From positions 32,001-96,000 of the IMG/VR virus record IMGVR_UViG_3300035698_025127: DNA of 64,000 nt; one strand, 5' to 3'. Positions within the stretch are counted from its first letter, which is position 1. Each line of letters starts with the position of its first letter. This stretch comes from a virus. The translations under genes were made by a program, and so were the position numbers. The notes below the pieces were generated by a model. The model did not search any database and was not told where the DNA came from. It worked only from the letters and a program-made list of their open reading frames with translations. This document shows, piece by piece, positions 1-10,800 of the stretch.

Positions 1-1197
1 ACTGACGCTGCAACTCATGCTGCTTCTACAAAAGTTGCTCTTATCGAAGTTTCGGGTTTTGCTAATGGTACTACAACCGGCACTTTGGCAGTTTCACAAA
101 TTGCAACCCTAGCAGGTTCGGACGCTTTCGATAATGCCGTAACTGGTGGTATTACTGCTGCAACTGGCACATTCTCCATGACTGTTAGCAATATTGGTAA
201 TTATGATTTTATTCTGTCAAATACAGAATCACTAAATGTTACCACTCATAACGGCCTAAATACTTTGACATACGACTTCAATATGGAAAATAATCCTCGT
301 ATGCCTGAAATCTCACTGGAAATCGCCAGCACCACAGTGAACGTGGAAACACGTAAGCTGCGTACTGTATGGTCAATCGAAAGTGCTCAGGATATGCGTG
401 CGATGCATCATATTGATGCTGAAAAAGAATTGGTTTCACTGCTTTCAAGCGAAATTGCAGCTGAAATTGACCGTGAAACTATTAATAACTTAATCACTAA
501 TAGCGGTCATCGTCGTAATTACGATTACAATAATCCGTTTATTGTGGGTGGTTTTGCCGTTGGTGGTGGAACTGGCCTGCTTAACTGGAATCAGTCAGCT
601 TCTCTGCCTGCAGCCGGTGGAAATCCATGGTTCCCGGTTGGTGGTTCTGGTAATCTGCGCGACAGAAATGAAGCTCTTATGTATCAAATTCTTGAAATGT
701 CTAATGATATTTATCGTCAGACACTTCGTGGCGCAGCTAACTTCATTATCACTTCGCCGGAAATTGCTTCTAAGCTGGAGCAACTGAGTGAATTCGAAGC
801 AACTCAGAATAGTGTGATGGATTATTCTCTGGGTATCCAGCAAGCTGGTGTTATTCAGGGTAAATATCGCCTTATTAAGGATCCTCTATTCCCGAGTGAT
901 CTGATTCTGTTAGGTTATAAGGGTGCTAACAATATGGATGCTGGTTACCACTATTGTCCATATGTACCTCTACAGTTAACCCCAACCATGATGGATACTC
1001 GTTCAACAAACGCAGTGAAAGCCATTATGACAAGATATGGTAAATTTATGCCTGAGAATGGTAGTAGATTCTACGGTATCATCAAGGTTAGCAACTTAAC
1101 CGCACAGGGTAGCGCAACACCTTCAGGATTCCCAATTCAGACTAGCACCAGCATTTCTGGTAGTAATCTGATTGACGGCGACTCTGATCTAGTTTAA
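1..1197 (+). CDS. gp23: Major capsid protein, T4 gp23-like (5' truncated by window edge)
   Basis: Frame open from position 1. Motifs PEISLEI..V.VETRKLR..WSIE.AQD..A.H.IDAE.EL...L..EI..EIDRE and GYKG....DAGY.YCPYVPL are diagnostic of the gp23 family. Confidence 0.95.
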   Translation, partial: TDAATHAASTKVALIEVSGFANGTTTGTLAVSQIATLAGSDAFDNAVTGGITAATGTFSMTVSNIGNYDFILSNTESLNVTTHNGLNTLTYDFNMENNPRMPEISLEIASTTVNVETRKLRTVWSIESAQDMRAMHHIDAEKELVSLLSSEIAAEIDRETINNLITNSGHRRNYDYNNPFIVGGFAVGGGTGLLNWNQSASLPAAGGNPWFPVGGSGNLRDRNEALMYQILEMSNDIYRQTLRGAANFIITSPEIASKLEQLSEFEATQNSVMDYSLGIQQAGVIQGKYRLIKDPLFPSDLILLGYKGANNMDAGYHYCPYVPLQLTPTMMDTRSTNAVKAIMTRYGKFMPENGSRFYGIIKVSNLTAQGSATPSGFPIQTSTSISGSNLIDGDSDLV

Positions 1198-1203
1198 ACC
1201 CTT

Positions 1204-1240
1204 AGTATGGAGGGGAAATCCCCCTCCATACTTTCCTTTT
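1204..1240 (+). terminator. Intrinsic terminator after capsid gene
   Basis: AGTATGGAGGGGA-aa-TCCCCTCCATACT inverted repeat followed by TTCCTTTT. Confidence 0.85.
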
Positions 1241-1301
1241 AATACTGATAACTTGTGAAATAGTCAAGAGTACACTAAAGAACGATAAAGAAGAGGTTAC
1301 A

Positions 1302-1769
1302 ATGCCAAAATTTTTAAATCCGTATAGAGGACGCGTTGAATTTATTTACAACGACACTCGCATTCGTTTGATGCCTAATCAAATTATGGAGCTTCCGAAA
1401 GCATTAGGTCAAAGTCTGCAATTAAAGCTAGTAGAAGAAGTAATTGTAGAACCCGAAAAGGCGCCTGAATTATCACCAGAAAAGATTGAAAAGATTGATT
1501 CTGAACTTCAAGACATTAAACATAAAATTGATTCTGAAGCTACTATTATTCCGGTATTTGATGCTAAAGAAGAGGATATAGTTAAACATGCAGAAGAAGT
1601 AATTCCTGCAACACCAGAATCAGAAAAACAAATAATTGTCGATGTTGACAAAGACGCAGAAACTTTAAAAGAAGCCTTGAAAGAGGACAAAGAAGATGAA
1701 AAAGAAGAACCAGAACCCGAAAGTAAGCCCAAAAAGCGCGGAAAAAGAAAATCAAGTAAAACAGTCTAA
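1302..1769 (+). CDS. Hypothetical protein with acidic/Lys-rich C-terminus
   Basis: 155-aa ORF, GAGG RBS. Confidence 0.75.
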   Translation: MPKFLNPYRGRVEFIYNDTRIRLMPNQIMELPKALGQSLQLKLVEEVIVEPEKAPELSPEKIEKIDSELQDIKHKIDSEATIIPVFDAKEEDIVKHAEEVIPATPESEKQIIVDVDKDAETLKEALKEDKEDEKEEPEPESKPKKRGKRKSSKTV

Positions 1770-1879
1770 AACTGTAAATGTTTTAGAAGACAAAACTAGA
1801 ATGTTGTTGACGGATGATTCTTCAGAAGTATTACTTCCGGTAATTTCTGAATAACTTAATAGCATAAAAGGAAAACATT

Positions 1880-2398
1880 ATGCCTTCAGATAAATTTAGA
1901 CCTTATCAATATATGCGTGAACGTAATCTTTTCAGTGAATCTGATAAAGCTAACATGAAGCGCTTCTTGGGTGATATTATTCCAGAAGAAGGTGGAGAAG
2001 GCACACCACAGCCAGCAACGCCCGCACCTGATGGTTCTCCTAAAGAACCTAGCAATCAGCTACCTCAGCCAGAGAAACGCGCTGACGGCGGCTCTGGGAC
2101 TCCACAGCCGGCAACCCCGGTGCCACCTTCAACACCAAGTGATCCGGAACATCAATTACCGCAACCAGAATTGCGTTCGGATGGCGGGCCGGGGACTCCG
2201 CAGCCATCTACTCCTACTGAAGCTGTTGAAATTAATAAAACTCAATATAATAGTTCTAAAGCTAAACTTCTTATTAAAGATATTATTACACAGTCGGTGA
2301 TAACTATAGCTTTAAATGATGTAAATGCTAGAAAAAAGTCTCATGAAAAGCTAGTCGGGTTGACAACGGAATTGAAAAAATACTTAAATATTAAATAA
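1880..2398 (+). CDS. Hypothetical protein with Pro-rich internal repeats (possible head protein)
   Basis: AAGGA RBS; ~2.5 copies of a ~32-aa GG.GTPQPATP...P..P..QLPQPE.R.D unit. Confidence 0.8.
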   Translation: MPSDKFRPYQYMRERNLFSESDKANMKRFLGDIIPEEGGEGTPQPATPAPDGSPKEPSNQLPQPEKRADGGSGTPQPATPVPPSTPSDPEHQLPQPELRSDGGPGTPQPSTPTEAVEINKTQYNSSKAKLLIKDIITQSVITIALNDVNARKKSHEKLVGLTTELKKYLNIK

Positions 2399-2411
2399 AA
2401 AGGAAAAGATT

Positions 2412-2753
2412 ATGTCAGAGCAAAGAAACAAAAATTTCGTATACGAATTCATTAACAAAATGGAAAACAGAACAGGAATTACCGAAGATAATTTCAAAGA
2501 TGCAGACCGTTCCCCTGGCGGTATTTTTGCGAAAATCGGTAGTGAAAAAAATATCGGTAAAAAGTATGAAATGGTAAGTCAGTGGTACATTGGCAATAAG
2601 AATAACAAAGACATTGCCGGTGAAATTATTGACATGTTTAAGGCATTACATTTCGTAAAGATTGCCCTACAAAGACTGAATCTTCTTGGAAGTAAGCACT
2701 TTACCGGTCTTGTTGATGAAGTTATGGTAAAAGCAAAGCAAAAACTTAAATAA
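2412..2753 (+). CDS. Hypothetical protein
   Basis: 113-aa ORF, AAGGA RBS, co-oriented. Confidence 0.75.
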   Translation: MSEQRNKNFVYEFINKMENRTGITEDNFKDADRSPGGIFAKIGSEKNIGKKYEMVSQWYIGNKNNKDIAGEIIDMFKALHFVKIALQRLNLLGSKHFTGLVDEVMVKAKQKLK

Positions 2754-2755
2754 GT

Positions 2756-2805
2756 ATCTGGGTTATAAGAGATTTTACAGTATTTTATAACCCAGATAAT
2801 TTTTA
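2756..2805 (+). terminator. Probable terminator/stem-loop
   Basis: TATCTGGGTTATAA...TTATAACCCAGATA inverted repeat followed by T-run. Confidence 0.55.
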
Positions 2806-2857
2806 ACTGGTGCTCTGGAAAATGTTCCGGCGCACCATTCTATTGTAGGTATTATCT

Positions 2858-3400
2858 ATGAAAAGTATGAAACATACTATCGCTGAATATGCAACAGGGG
2901 CGCTCAACGTATCTCGTTTGGTAAAGAAATTTTATAGACAATGGGAAGATATGCCGAAATATTTCGCAAAAGCGGATTTTGCAAAGTCTTATTCTGGTAA
3001 GGATGGATTAACTCCGTTCTTTGAACCATTAGATACGCTTATAAAGCTAGGCGATGACGTATATGGTAGCTATAATTATTTGCTTCCACAAGAGTTAAGG
3101 ATAAGTCATAGAGCATTAAAACAGGCTATTCAGTCAAAACTTGATAGTGGCAATTTTGAAAAAGAAGAAAATATTAGACATACAAAAGATTTGTTTCGAA
3201 AAACTATTCCGTCCGCTGCCAGACTTGGATTAGCAAAAAAAGCTAGCCAACTAAGTAAAGCTAAGGGTAGTTATACTCGTGAAGATTTTAGTGAATTATT
3301 TGCTAGTTATTATTCCTTTTTGGAACATGTATTACCTAAATTTAAAGGTAAAACTATTACAAATTTTGCCACAGTATCTAGTATTAGTAAGGCAGTATAA
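2858..3400 (+). CDS. Hypothetical protein
   Basis: 180-aa ORF in structural operon. Confidence 0.75.
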   Translation: MKSMKHTIAEYATGALNVSRLVKKFYRQWEDMPKYFAKADFAKSYSGKDGLTPFFEPLDTLIKLGDDVYGSYNYLLPQELRISHRALKQAIQSKLDSGNFEKEENIRHTKDLFRKTIPSAARLGLAKKASQLSKAKGSYTREDFSELFASYYSFLEHVLPKFKGKTITNFATVSSISKAV

Positions 3401-3532
3401 TGGGAAACAAGAAATTATTTATTCAGTTGAAATAGAGTGCCCCATTGAAAATAATGGAGAGAATTTTAGATAGAGTTGTAGCTCATGTCTTAAAAATTGA
3501 AATGAAGAAAAACTAGTATTAGGAAAATATAA

Positions 3533-4276
3533 ATGCCATTAGTACAACCGGGACTAAATTTAAGAGACAGAATTAAACAACATATAATGTTTGAGTTCGG
3601 ACATGGTGTTGTAACTGTTGAAGTTATAGAACCTTGGGTTGACCAGGCAATTGACGTTGCAATACAAGAATTCTCTCGTTTTTATCCTAATGCGGAAGAA
3701 TGGTCGGTATTTAATGCAGTTGCTGGAGTAAACAAATACAAAGTAGATGATGATTATTTGTATGTTAGGCGCGTTGTATATCAGCCACAACTTAATGTAT
3801 ATGGTTATTACAATATGTTTTCAGCATTCGGCGCTTGGGGACCATGGATGCAATGGTTTAGAAATATGTCATTGACTGACTATACCATTACAGATATGTA
3901 TATTTCTCAGACGCGTAGAACTATGGGACTGCAAGGTACATGGCAGTTCGATCATCCGTACATTTATTTGTACCCTACACCAACAAATGCAGTACCCGTT
4001 TTCGTTAAATATACGAAATTGTTAGATTATGGTAATGATAGTCGCGATATTCGAGAAGAATCTTGGGTTCGTGATTATGCCACGGCTGTAATGAAAATTC
4101 GCTTAGGTCGTGTGCGTAGTAAATATAGTTCGCTGCCAGGACCTCGTGGTGACGTCAGTATGGACGGCGAATCATTAATTTCGGAAGGTCGTGAAGATTT
4201 AGAACGTTTAAGAAATGAAGCGCGACTTGAATATGAAGAACCATTAGGGTTTTTCGTCGATTCTTATTTTGGATAA
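3533..4276 (+). CDS. Neck/head-tail adaptor protein, T4 gp13-like
   Basis: N-terminal I...FG.GVV.VEV....VDQAI..A...F; C-terminal W.RDYA.A..K..LG..RSKYSSLPG..G....DGE.LI.EG..DL..L; position after capsid. Confidence 0.8.
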   Translation: MPLVQPGLNLRDRIKQHIMFEFGHGVVTVEVIEPWVDQAIDVAIQEFSRFYPNAEEWSVFNAVAGVNKYKVDDDYLYVRRVVYQPQLNVYGYYNMFSAFGAWGPWMQWFRNMSLTDYTITDMYISQTRRTMGLQGTWQFDHPYIYLYPTPTNAVPVFVKYTKLLDYGNDSRDIREESWVRDYATAVMKIRLGRVRSKYSSLPGPRGDVSMDGESLISEGREDLERLRNEARLEYEEPLGFFVDSYFG

Positions 4277-4293
4277 AAGAAAGAGAAAATAAA

Positions 4294-4590
4294 ATGGCAA
4301 AAGCAGGACTTTTTAAATCAGACACTGAAACACAATTTATGCGTACTTTGGCCGGTTCCGGCGATGGTGCAAAAGGTGTTGTACGAGAAGAATTAGCACG
4401 CATTAAAAATGGCGAAACCACAAATGAAATAAGTGCAAAATTTCAATATGACCCAAGTTATAATGAGGGCATACGCATTACAAAAGATGTTTTAATGCAA
4501 AGTATTATGGAAGTAATGGTTGGCATTCCTGATGGAGAAGCTCAAAAGCTGACTTCGCTTTTATATGACAGGCTGGAGAAAAAAGGTTAA
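4294..4590 (+). CDS. Hypothetical protein
   Basis: 98-aa ORF, tightly packed. Confidence 0.7.
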   Translation: MAKAGLFKSDTETQFMRTLAGSGDGAKGVVREELARIKNGETTNEISAKFQYDPSYNEGIRITKDVLMQSIMEVMVGIPDGEAQKLTSLLYDRLEKKG

Positions 4591-4602
4591 GGCTAAATAA
4601 CA

Positions 4603-5004
4603 ATGGCTAAAACATATATTAAAATAGAAAATACATCAACTAGTGGTACTTATAAAACGACTTTGATACATGACTATAGTGATTGGGAGCATTCTGAAAT
4701 GCTCAGAAAAACTGGCTATATTGAAGTTGAAATTGGTGGTACCTTTACTGTTGCTGTACCTGTATATGGTAGTGTTACTTTGACGTTAGCTAGTAATGAA
4801 ATAAAGTTTCCGGACTCGTTTCCGCAAACCTTTCTATCTAGTGTGGAAGACGCCGGGGGTGACTATGAATTGGCTGCAGCAAAAGCTGACGCATGGCGTA
4901 TCCACACTTTGGAAGAATTGACAACAGCTATACAAACACGTTGGACAGCCACCAAAGATATAGACTTTGAATCAGAATCTACAAGTGAAATTATAAGTAC
5001 ATAG
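4603..5004 (+). CDS. Hypothetical protein
   Basis: 133-aa ORF, tightly packed. Confidence 0.7.
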   Translation: MAKTYIKIENTSTSGTYKTTLIHDYSDWEHSEMLRKTGYIEVEIGGTFTVAVPVYGSVTLTLASNEIKFPDSFPQTFLSSVEDAGGDYELAAAKADAWRIHTLEELTTAIQTRWTATKDIDFESESTSEIIST

Positions 5005-5040
5005 CATAATATGCTCACATGATAGATAATATTAGCTTGC

Positions 5041-5069
5041 AAAGCCTGCCTTTATGGTGGGTTTTTTTG
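5041..5069 (+). terminator. Intrinsic terminator
   Basis: AAAGCCTGCC-ttta-TGGTGGGTTT hairpin plus T7. Confidence 0.7.
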
Positions 5070-5075
5070 TTTATC

Positions 5076-5083
5076 CGAAGATA
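5076..5083 (+). promoter_or_regulatory. Candidate late-promoter motif CGAAKATA
   Basis: Same octamer occurs in intergenic gaps before late-type genes at 39693, 51684 and 59405. Confidence 0.4.
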
Positions 5084-5100
5084 ATACATAGAGGTGAATA

Positions 5101-5838
5101 ATGGTAAAACAACCGCCGATATTTTATACTAATAAATTTCCGGAAGACGATAAGAAAAAAAGGCCATATAATACTGATGGTAATTTCCTAAATAATACCA
5201 TAGATTATTATCAGCCACCGTTTCTTAACGAGATGTCCGGTAATTCTCCTGATGGTACACTTTCTTTGTATAATCCCGATGGGGAAGACCGAAAGTTATT
5301 TGATACAGTAGACCAGGAAGTTATTTTTATTACAAGTGACCCTTTATGGTGGTCTAAATTGGATAGAGACAGAACAGAAACGGATATAATAACCGGTGAA
5401 GCGCCGGTAAGATATTATTCAAAACCTGTAGAGTTTAAGGGCAGTTATGAAGACGCAATAGGTGACATTAACTTGTCAGCGTTCGGCTTAGATCAGATAG
5501 CAAGTATTACTATATACTGTAATTATAATTGGGTACTAAGAAAATTTGATGACGCTCCAAAAACAGGAGATTTAATCTTCCTCCATGATGGACGTATTAT
5601 GGAAATTATGGCGTCTTATGTAAATGATCCCCAAAAGGGTAGACCGCAACACTGGGTATTGGAAACGCAAACTGCACAAACGGATAATTATATTATTGAA
5701 ACCGAAAATGGCGAGATGAATTTAAGTTATTCGCAATTAAAGGACAATACTCCGGACGGGTTTACAGAATATGAAGAATTAGATAGCGAACTTAGTGATT
5801 TAACAGAAGATGACAATTATGAATCAAGGTGGAACTAA
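5101..5838 (+). CDS. Neck/head-closure protein, T4 gp14-like
   Basis: LSAFGLDQ....TI and P.TGDLIF motifs; synteny gp13-gp14-gp15-gp18-gp19. Confidence 0.65.
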   Translation: MVKQPPIFYTNKFPEDDKKKRPYNTDGNFLNNTIDYYQPPFLNEMSGNSPDGTLSLYNPDGEDRKLFDTVDQEVIFITSDPLWWSKLDRDRTETDIITGEAPVRYYSKPVEFKGSYEDAIGDINLSAFGLDQIASITIYCNYNWVLRKFDDAPKTGDLIFLHDGRIMEIMASYVNDPQKGRPQHWVLETQTAQTDNYIIETENGEMNLSYSQLKDNTPDGFTEYEELDSELSDLTEDDNYESRWN

Positions 5839-6161
5839 TGAAATTAGATGCAATTTTGACTGAGGCTGGGTATTATGTCCCTACTTTGACACAAACCGAT
5901 TTTATGAATATGTGGAAAACACTAAAAGAAAGTAGCGAAATACACCAATATCTTGCAGAATGCGGAGCGGGTATTGCTATTAACATATATTTTAAGGAGA
6001 ATAATGTAAATGTCAAAGTGTTTGGACGAAATGGAAGTATTAAAGGTGCTGACGTGTTTGGTAGATGGGATGAAACAAAGAAATTTGACGTTTCGACTTT
6101 GCCTTCATTAATATGGACATGGATTGATAGAACAACAAAAAAATATTACAATAAGTATTAA
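5838..6161 (+). CDS. Hypothetical protein (MKLDAILTE N-terminus)
   Basis: Stop/start overlap TAATG with upstream gene. Confidence 0.7.
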   Translation: MKLDAILTEAGYYVPTLTQTDFMNMWKTLKESSEIHQYLAECGAGIAINIYFKENNVNVKVFGRNGSIKGADVFGRWDETKKFDVSTLPSLIWTWIDRTTKKYYNKY

Positions 6162-6162
6162 A

Positions 6163-6576
6163 ATGAATATTGAATGTATATCTGAAATACTTACAGTGGG
6201 CGGACTTAGAAGGAATACACCTATTTCGACTAGAAATGCTGCTGATGGCGTTTCTACACACTTTATGGGTGAACGGGCAGGAAAAGACCCGAACGGCGCT
6301 TATAGGCAGTTTTCCTTTGACGTAAAGGGCAAGTATAAGCCTAAAGTAAGGGTATATACTGACAAAGCGGTAAATTCGCGCTCTGGTGCGTGGGTAACTT
6401 GTAACTGTAATGATTTTAAGTATCGCTGGGAAGTAGTTTTGGCTGACCGCGGATCTTCCAAGCTAAAAAGTGCTGATGATGTACAGCCTGAAATTAGAAA
6501 CCCTCAAAAAAAAGCTGGTGTATGTAAGCATATTTATGCAGCATTAGTATATTTAAGAGACGAACATGGAATATAG
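6163..6576 (+). CDS. SWIM-type zinc-finger protein
   Basis: V.CNCNDFKYRWE...GVCKHIYA (CxC..C-x-H). Confidence 0.75.
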   Translation: MNIECISEILTVGGLRRNTPISTRNAADGVSTHFMGERAGKDPNGAYRQFSFDVKGKYKPKVRVYTDKAVNSRSGAWVTCNCNDFKYRWEVVLADRGSSKLKSADDVQPEIRNPQKKAGVCKHIYAALVYLRDEHGI

Positions 6577-6811
6577 CGACGAAATTGATGAGTTATTAGA
6601 CGATTTATTAGAGGATTTGGCGGAGCGTTTGACTGTTAATTCTGGTTATAAATTTATTGTGGACGAAGATAAAGACATGGTAAAACCTTTAGAGGCAACT
6701 GAATTTAAAGCGCGATTATTAGAATTAGGATCAACAACGATTCCATCTGAGCATAGTCCATTTTTCAAAAATACTATTGCTGAATGGAAAAAAGCAAATA
6801 AGATTAAATAG
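6566..6811 (+). CDS. Hypothetical protein
   Basis: 81-aa ORF overlapping upstream stop. Confidence 0.65.
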   Translation: MEYSDEIDELLDDLLEDLAERLTVNSGYKFIVDEDKDMVKPLEATEFKARLLELGSTTIPSEHSPFFKNTIAEWKKANKIK

Positions 6812-6819
6812 AGGCAATA

Positions 6820-7659
6820 ATGAGTGGAGCTACATACGATCCTTTTAGCCACAGATACGATGGCCTTTATTTTTTAGCATGGGATAGCTATAACCGTGCT
6901 ATTTATCATTGGTTGTCGGGCATTAAAGTTTACAATAAAACGAAACATAATGATGTAAATGTACTATTTAATACGCCAGAGCGTGCGCACGCAAGACTTA
7001 TTGCACCACAAACGAATCAAAGAGTAACAATACCAGCTCTGTCATTTTATATAAATTCTGTATCGCAAGATTTAAATAGACAGTTTTTTCCGACTGTACA
7101 TCCATGGACAACAATACCTACATATGACTCGGATGGGAATGTAGTATCCTGGCAACGTCACTCAAAAGCATTGCCATATGATCTTAGCTATACTGTAACT
7201 CTGTGGTATAAATACGATTTTGAAATGCAACAAGTAGAAGCAAATTTATTGTGGCGATTTACACCATTAAGCTATATAATGGGCAACGGCGCAGTATCAC
7301 CTATTTACTTGGAATCTATTTCGGACTCAAGCGATTTAGAGGTGGGTCCAGAAACAGATAGAGTGATGAGAAGAACATATTCGTTAAGAGTAGACGCATG
7401 GCTTCCGCTTCCATATCAAGAATTCGATCCACTATCGAATATAAATATAGGAATGGTTGGTGCCAGTGTTTTTTCTGATGACATTGGGGCAAATAATATA
7501 ACTGGAGATTCAGAAATTGACAATATAAATAGTCAGTTATTTGATAATTTAGATGAAAATGTAGATATAAGAGATATTAGTTTGATAACAATCGCTGAAG
7601 CCGTACCTGGTGTGATTACATATGAGACGCCTGTATTAGGTGGCGATGTTTTAATTTAA
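6820..7659 (+). CDS. Tail terminator/sheath stabilizer, T4 gp15-like
   Basis: P.LSF......D..R, PYDLSYTVTLW......MQQV...LL..F.P and R..RRTYSLRVDAWL pattern; immediately upstream of sheath. Confidence 0.75.
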   Translation: MSGATYDPFSHRYDGLYFLAWDSYNRAIYHWLSGIKVYNKTKHNDVNVLFNTPERAHARLIAPQTNQRVTIPALSFYINSVSQDLNRQFFPTVHPWTTIPTYDSDGNVVSWQRHSKALPYDLSYTVTLWYKYDFEMQQVEANLLWRFTPLSYIMGNGAVSPIYLESISDSSDLEVGPETDRVMRRTYSLRVDAWLPLPYQEFDPLSNINIGMVGASVFSDDIGANNITGDSEIDNINSQLFDNLDENVDIRDISLITIAEAVPGVITYETPVLGGDVLI

Positions 7660-7672
7660 GAATGGAGATAAA

Positions 7673-7843
7673 ATGAAAGCAATTCGAAACATTTCGGGTC
7701 AAACTTTAGGGTTAATTGTTAATGGAGAAACTGTTATCATCCACCCAAGAGAGGAACTTATTGTTAAAGAATACACAGCACAAATGGATAACATGGCATC
7801 TGCTCGCAAGAGAATGCTAAAAAAAATTATTGTTAGCAATTAA
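7673..7843 (+). CDS. Small hypothetical protein (56 aa, MKAIRNISGQ...), not in ORF track
   Basis: GGAGA RBS; ORF fills the gap between gp15-like gene and sheath. Confidence 0.7.
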   Translation: MKAIRNISGQTLGLIVNGETVIIHPREELIVKEYTAQMDNMASARKRMLKKIIVSN

Positions 7844-7855
7844 CGGAGGACAAAT

Positions 7856-10800
7856 ATGACAACATTACTAAGCCCCACAGTTGTTACTAGTGAAACTGAC
7901 TTGTCTTTTGTGGCACAGTCAATTTCGACAAGTATTGCTGGAATTGTTGGTGCTGCAAGTAAAGGTGCAGTAAATAAAAGGATATACTTGTCATCACAAG
8001 ATGACGTTATCATTAAATTGGGTAAACCACTATTGACAGATTACGGTGTTCAAACCGCTTCTCTGTTTATGAAACAGTCAAGCAACGGTTGGTATAATCG
8101 TATTGCTTCGCTACGCGGAAATGATCCTGTGGCAACTGCAAATACTGATACGAGGGCTCTGTTAACTCAAACCTCGCTTACAGCATTTGTAGCACCATCA
8201 GATATTATTGCTCTGGCTGGCGGAAGTTCTCAGAATCTTAGGTTGCGTTTTGATGATACTAATGATATTACAATAACTTTTACAACTGCTATTGTAACTT
8301 CTTTGGTGCGCTCAACAATGCTTGACACTATGATTGCGTTGACTGGTTGGTTGGACGGCGTACTAAGTTTAAATGGGACTGCTGAACCACGCTACGGGTT
8401 TACCGGCTATACTCAACTTGGTGATGGTTCTTACGTTCTGACAATTCAGAGCGAATTAAAATCCGGATTAAGCAAAATTGAAGTAATGGTCCCAACTGGA
8501 ACCGATGCTGCAAGTTATTTTGGCTGGACTTCCGGTGTTACCAGTGAAACCGGTACGCGTTCGATTGTATTGAATACCAATTTGACGTCCGCTGTCGTGA
8601 CTTCTTTGGCACAAGGCGTAAGTGGATATAACCTGGGAACATCTGCAACATCGACATCTGTAAATTCTGCTACATATAACCTTGGTGTTTTAGCAGATGG
8701 TAGTCTTGATGTAAATAATATGGGCGCATCCCCTAATGCATATTCTTTTGTATCAGTTTTGGAAAGCAATACGACTACTACAATGAATCTTGACAGTGAT
8801 GGAATTCACGCACAGGCTCAAGCTGCACCGTACGCATTTAATCCGGTTGTGCAAATTGTTGTTGACGGATATACAACTTCTATTGAAATTCCATTAACAA
8901 CATGGACAATTGGTGCTATTACAAATGCTAATATGCAAGATTTTGCAACTGCTATTAATACAGCTACTCCTTCTGGGTTGGGCGATATTGCATTCTACAA
9001 TACTGCAACTAAGAAAATGTATTTGCAATCTCCGGGCAAAAGCGTTGGCTATACTTATATTAGTGTACCGTTGGAACAATCTGATACGGTAGCAGGAAAT
9101 GCTGCTATGGCTATTAGAGCAATGAATTTTTTAGGGTTTGATTTTCAAGACGTTAAGGTCCAAAATCAAATAACTATTGAAACTGAAACAAGTTCTGAAA
9201 CAATTTCGTTTGATTATACTACTGTACATTCTTACGGATTGTCTCCGGCATCATTAACCACAGCACAAGTTGTTAGTCTTATTAATGCACAATTCGGATC
9301 TACTATTGCAAGTATTGATAGCGGATTAAATATTTCTCTGGCTAACGACTATCGTGGTATTGACGGGTTTGTTAAGGCAAGTGGATATCAAACAAGTAAA
9401 TTGGCTATTGATTCTACTGCCTTTGACTATACTAGCAGTTGGTATTTACCTTCAAGTTCTCCGATTCGTTTAATCGGCGCCGAAACTGCTACTGCGGCTG
9501 GGTTAAATAATACATATCTAAAATGCAGTTTTGGAACGGATTGGGCAATTGTGCGTATTAATAATACTACATATGCATCTGATCCTGTGGCAATTGGATC
9601 TGCAAAACTAGATGTAGAGGCAACTTCTTTTGCTGCAACTCCTACTCAAATTAATGCATTTAAAATTGCTTTGGCCGCTGTATTATTCGGGCATGTTATA
9701 AGTTCTCCGGGCGATGGATTTGTTATTGGCGAATGGACTGTTGGAACATTAGTAGCAGCAGGAACCGAATTGAGAGTTTATAACGGTGGTGGTCTTACTG
9801 CTGGACGAGTAAGAGTTGTTGATAGTAATGATAATACTGCAACTACTTATCCAGCTTCTCATGAAGGTAATATTTCATATGTTGTAACAGCATTGCCTGC
9901 ACCAGATACAACAACAGTAACACTTCGGGATGCCGGTGGAACAAATGTTCTTACTGTGACATCATTACATGATGATAGAGAACTTCACTTATATGTAGAT
10001 AATACGCCAGCATTGACGTTTGCCGGTAAAACAATGACCGGATTCGCAAGCTCTGGTAGTTATGCTACTTGGCTACAAAAATCATCAAATACTGTAACAG
10101 GTGATGAAACAGCCGAATTGACAATTGGCGCAGGCGGCGATTTATCTTCTGTAGGTCAACTTTCAGTTAGTACAACAGATGCTTCATGGGCATTAGTATT
10201 AGACTTATTGTTTGATGATGGTGCCGGAACTGATTATTCTGCATTGGTTGCTGTTGTGCCAAGCGGAACTACGGCATTTACAACTTCAATTAAGGGTGGA
10301 CATAGTATAGCAGTTGCGGAATGCCCTGTTGACGTTATTACTCTTGCACAGGGTAATGGATATGATGTTACATGGACTGCTGGCACCGGTTCTTATGCAT
10401 ATGTTAATACTGCAACGGGTACTTTAGATTTTGCTCTTGATGCACTAAAATTAAATGGTCAGGATTTACCTTCTGCTGGTGCTGGCGGCAAAGCCAAGGG
10501 TTATTTGATTGGTAATGCCGACATTGAATATATTTTCCGTCCATCAACTGTTACACCGGGCGCATATGCAGCTCAGTGGCAGAATGGTAGAATTACAACT
10601 TCTCGTGTAGCTTATAACGATATAACTTCAACATTTGTTGCCACTGCTCGTTCGTTCTTCCCGAATGATGATTGGGGTGGCGGCTACAATAGGTTTGCTG
10701 TTGTCGTAGATGATGATTATACCGTAGATATTGATTTTAATGATTATACATTTGTTGATCAAAGTGCTGCAACCGCAAGTGAAACTGCCGATGCTCTTAA

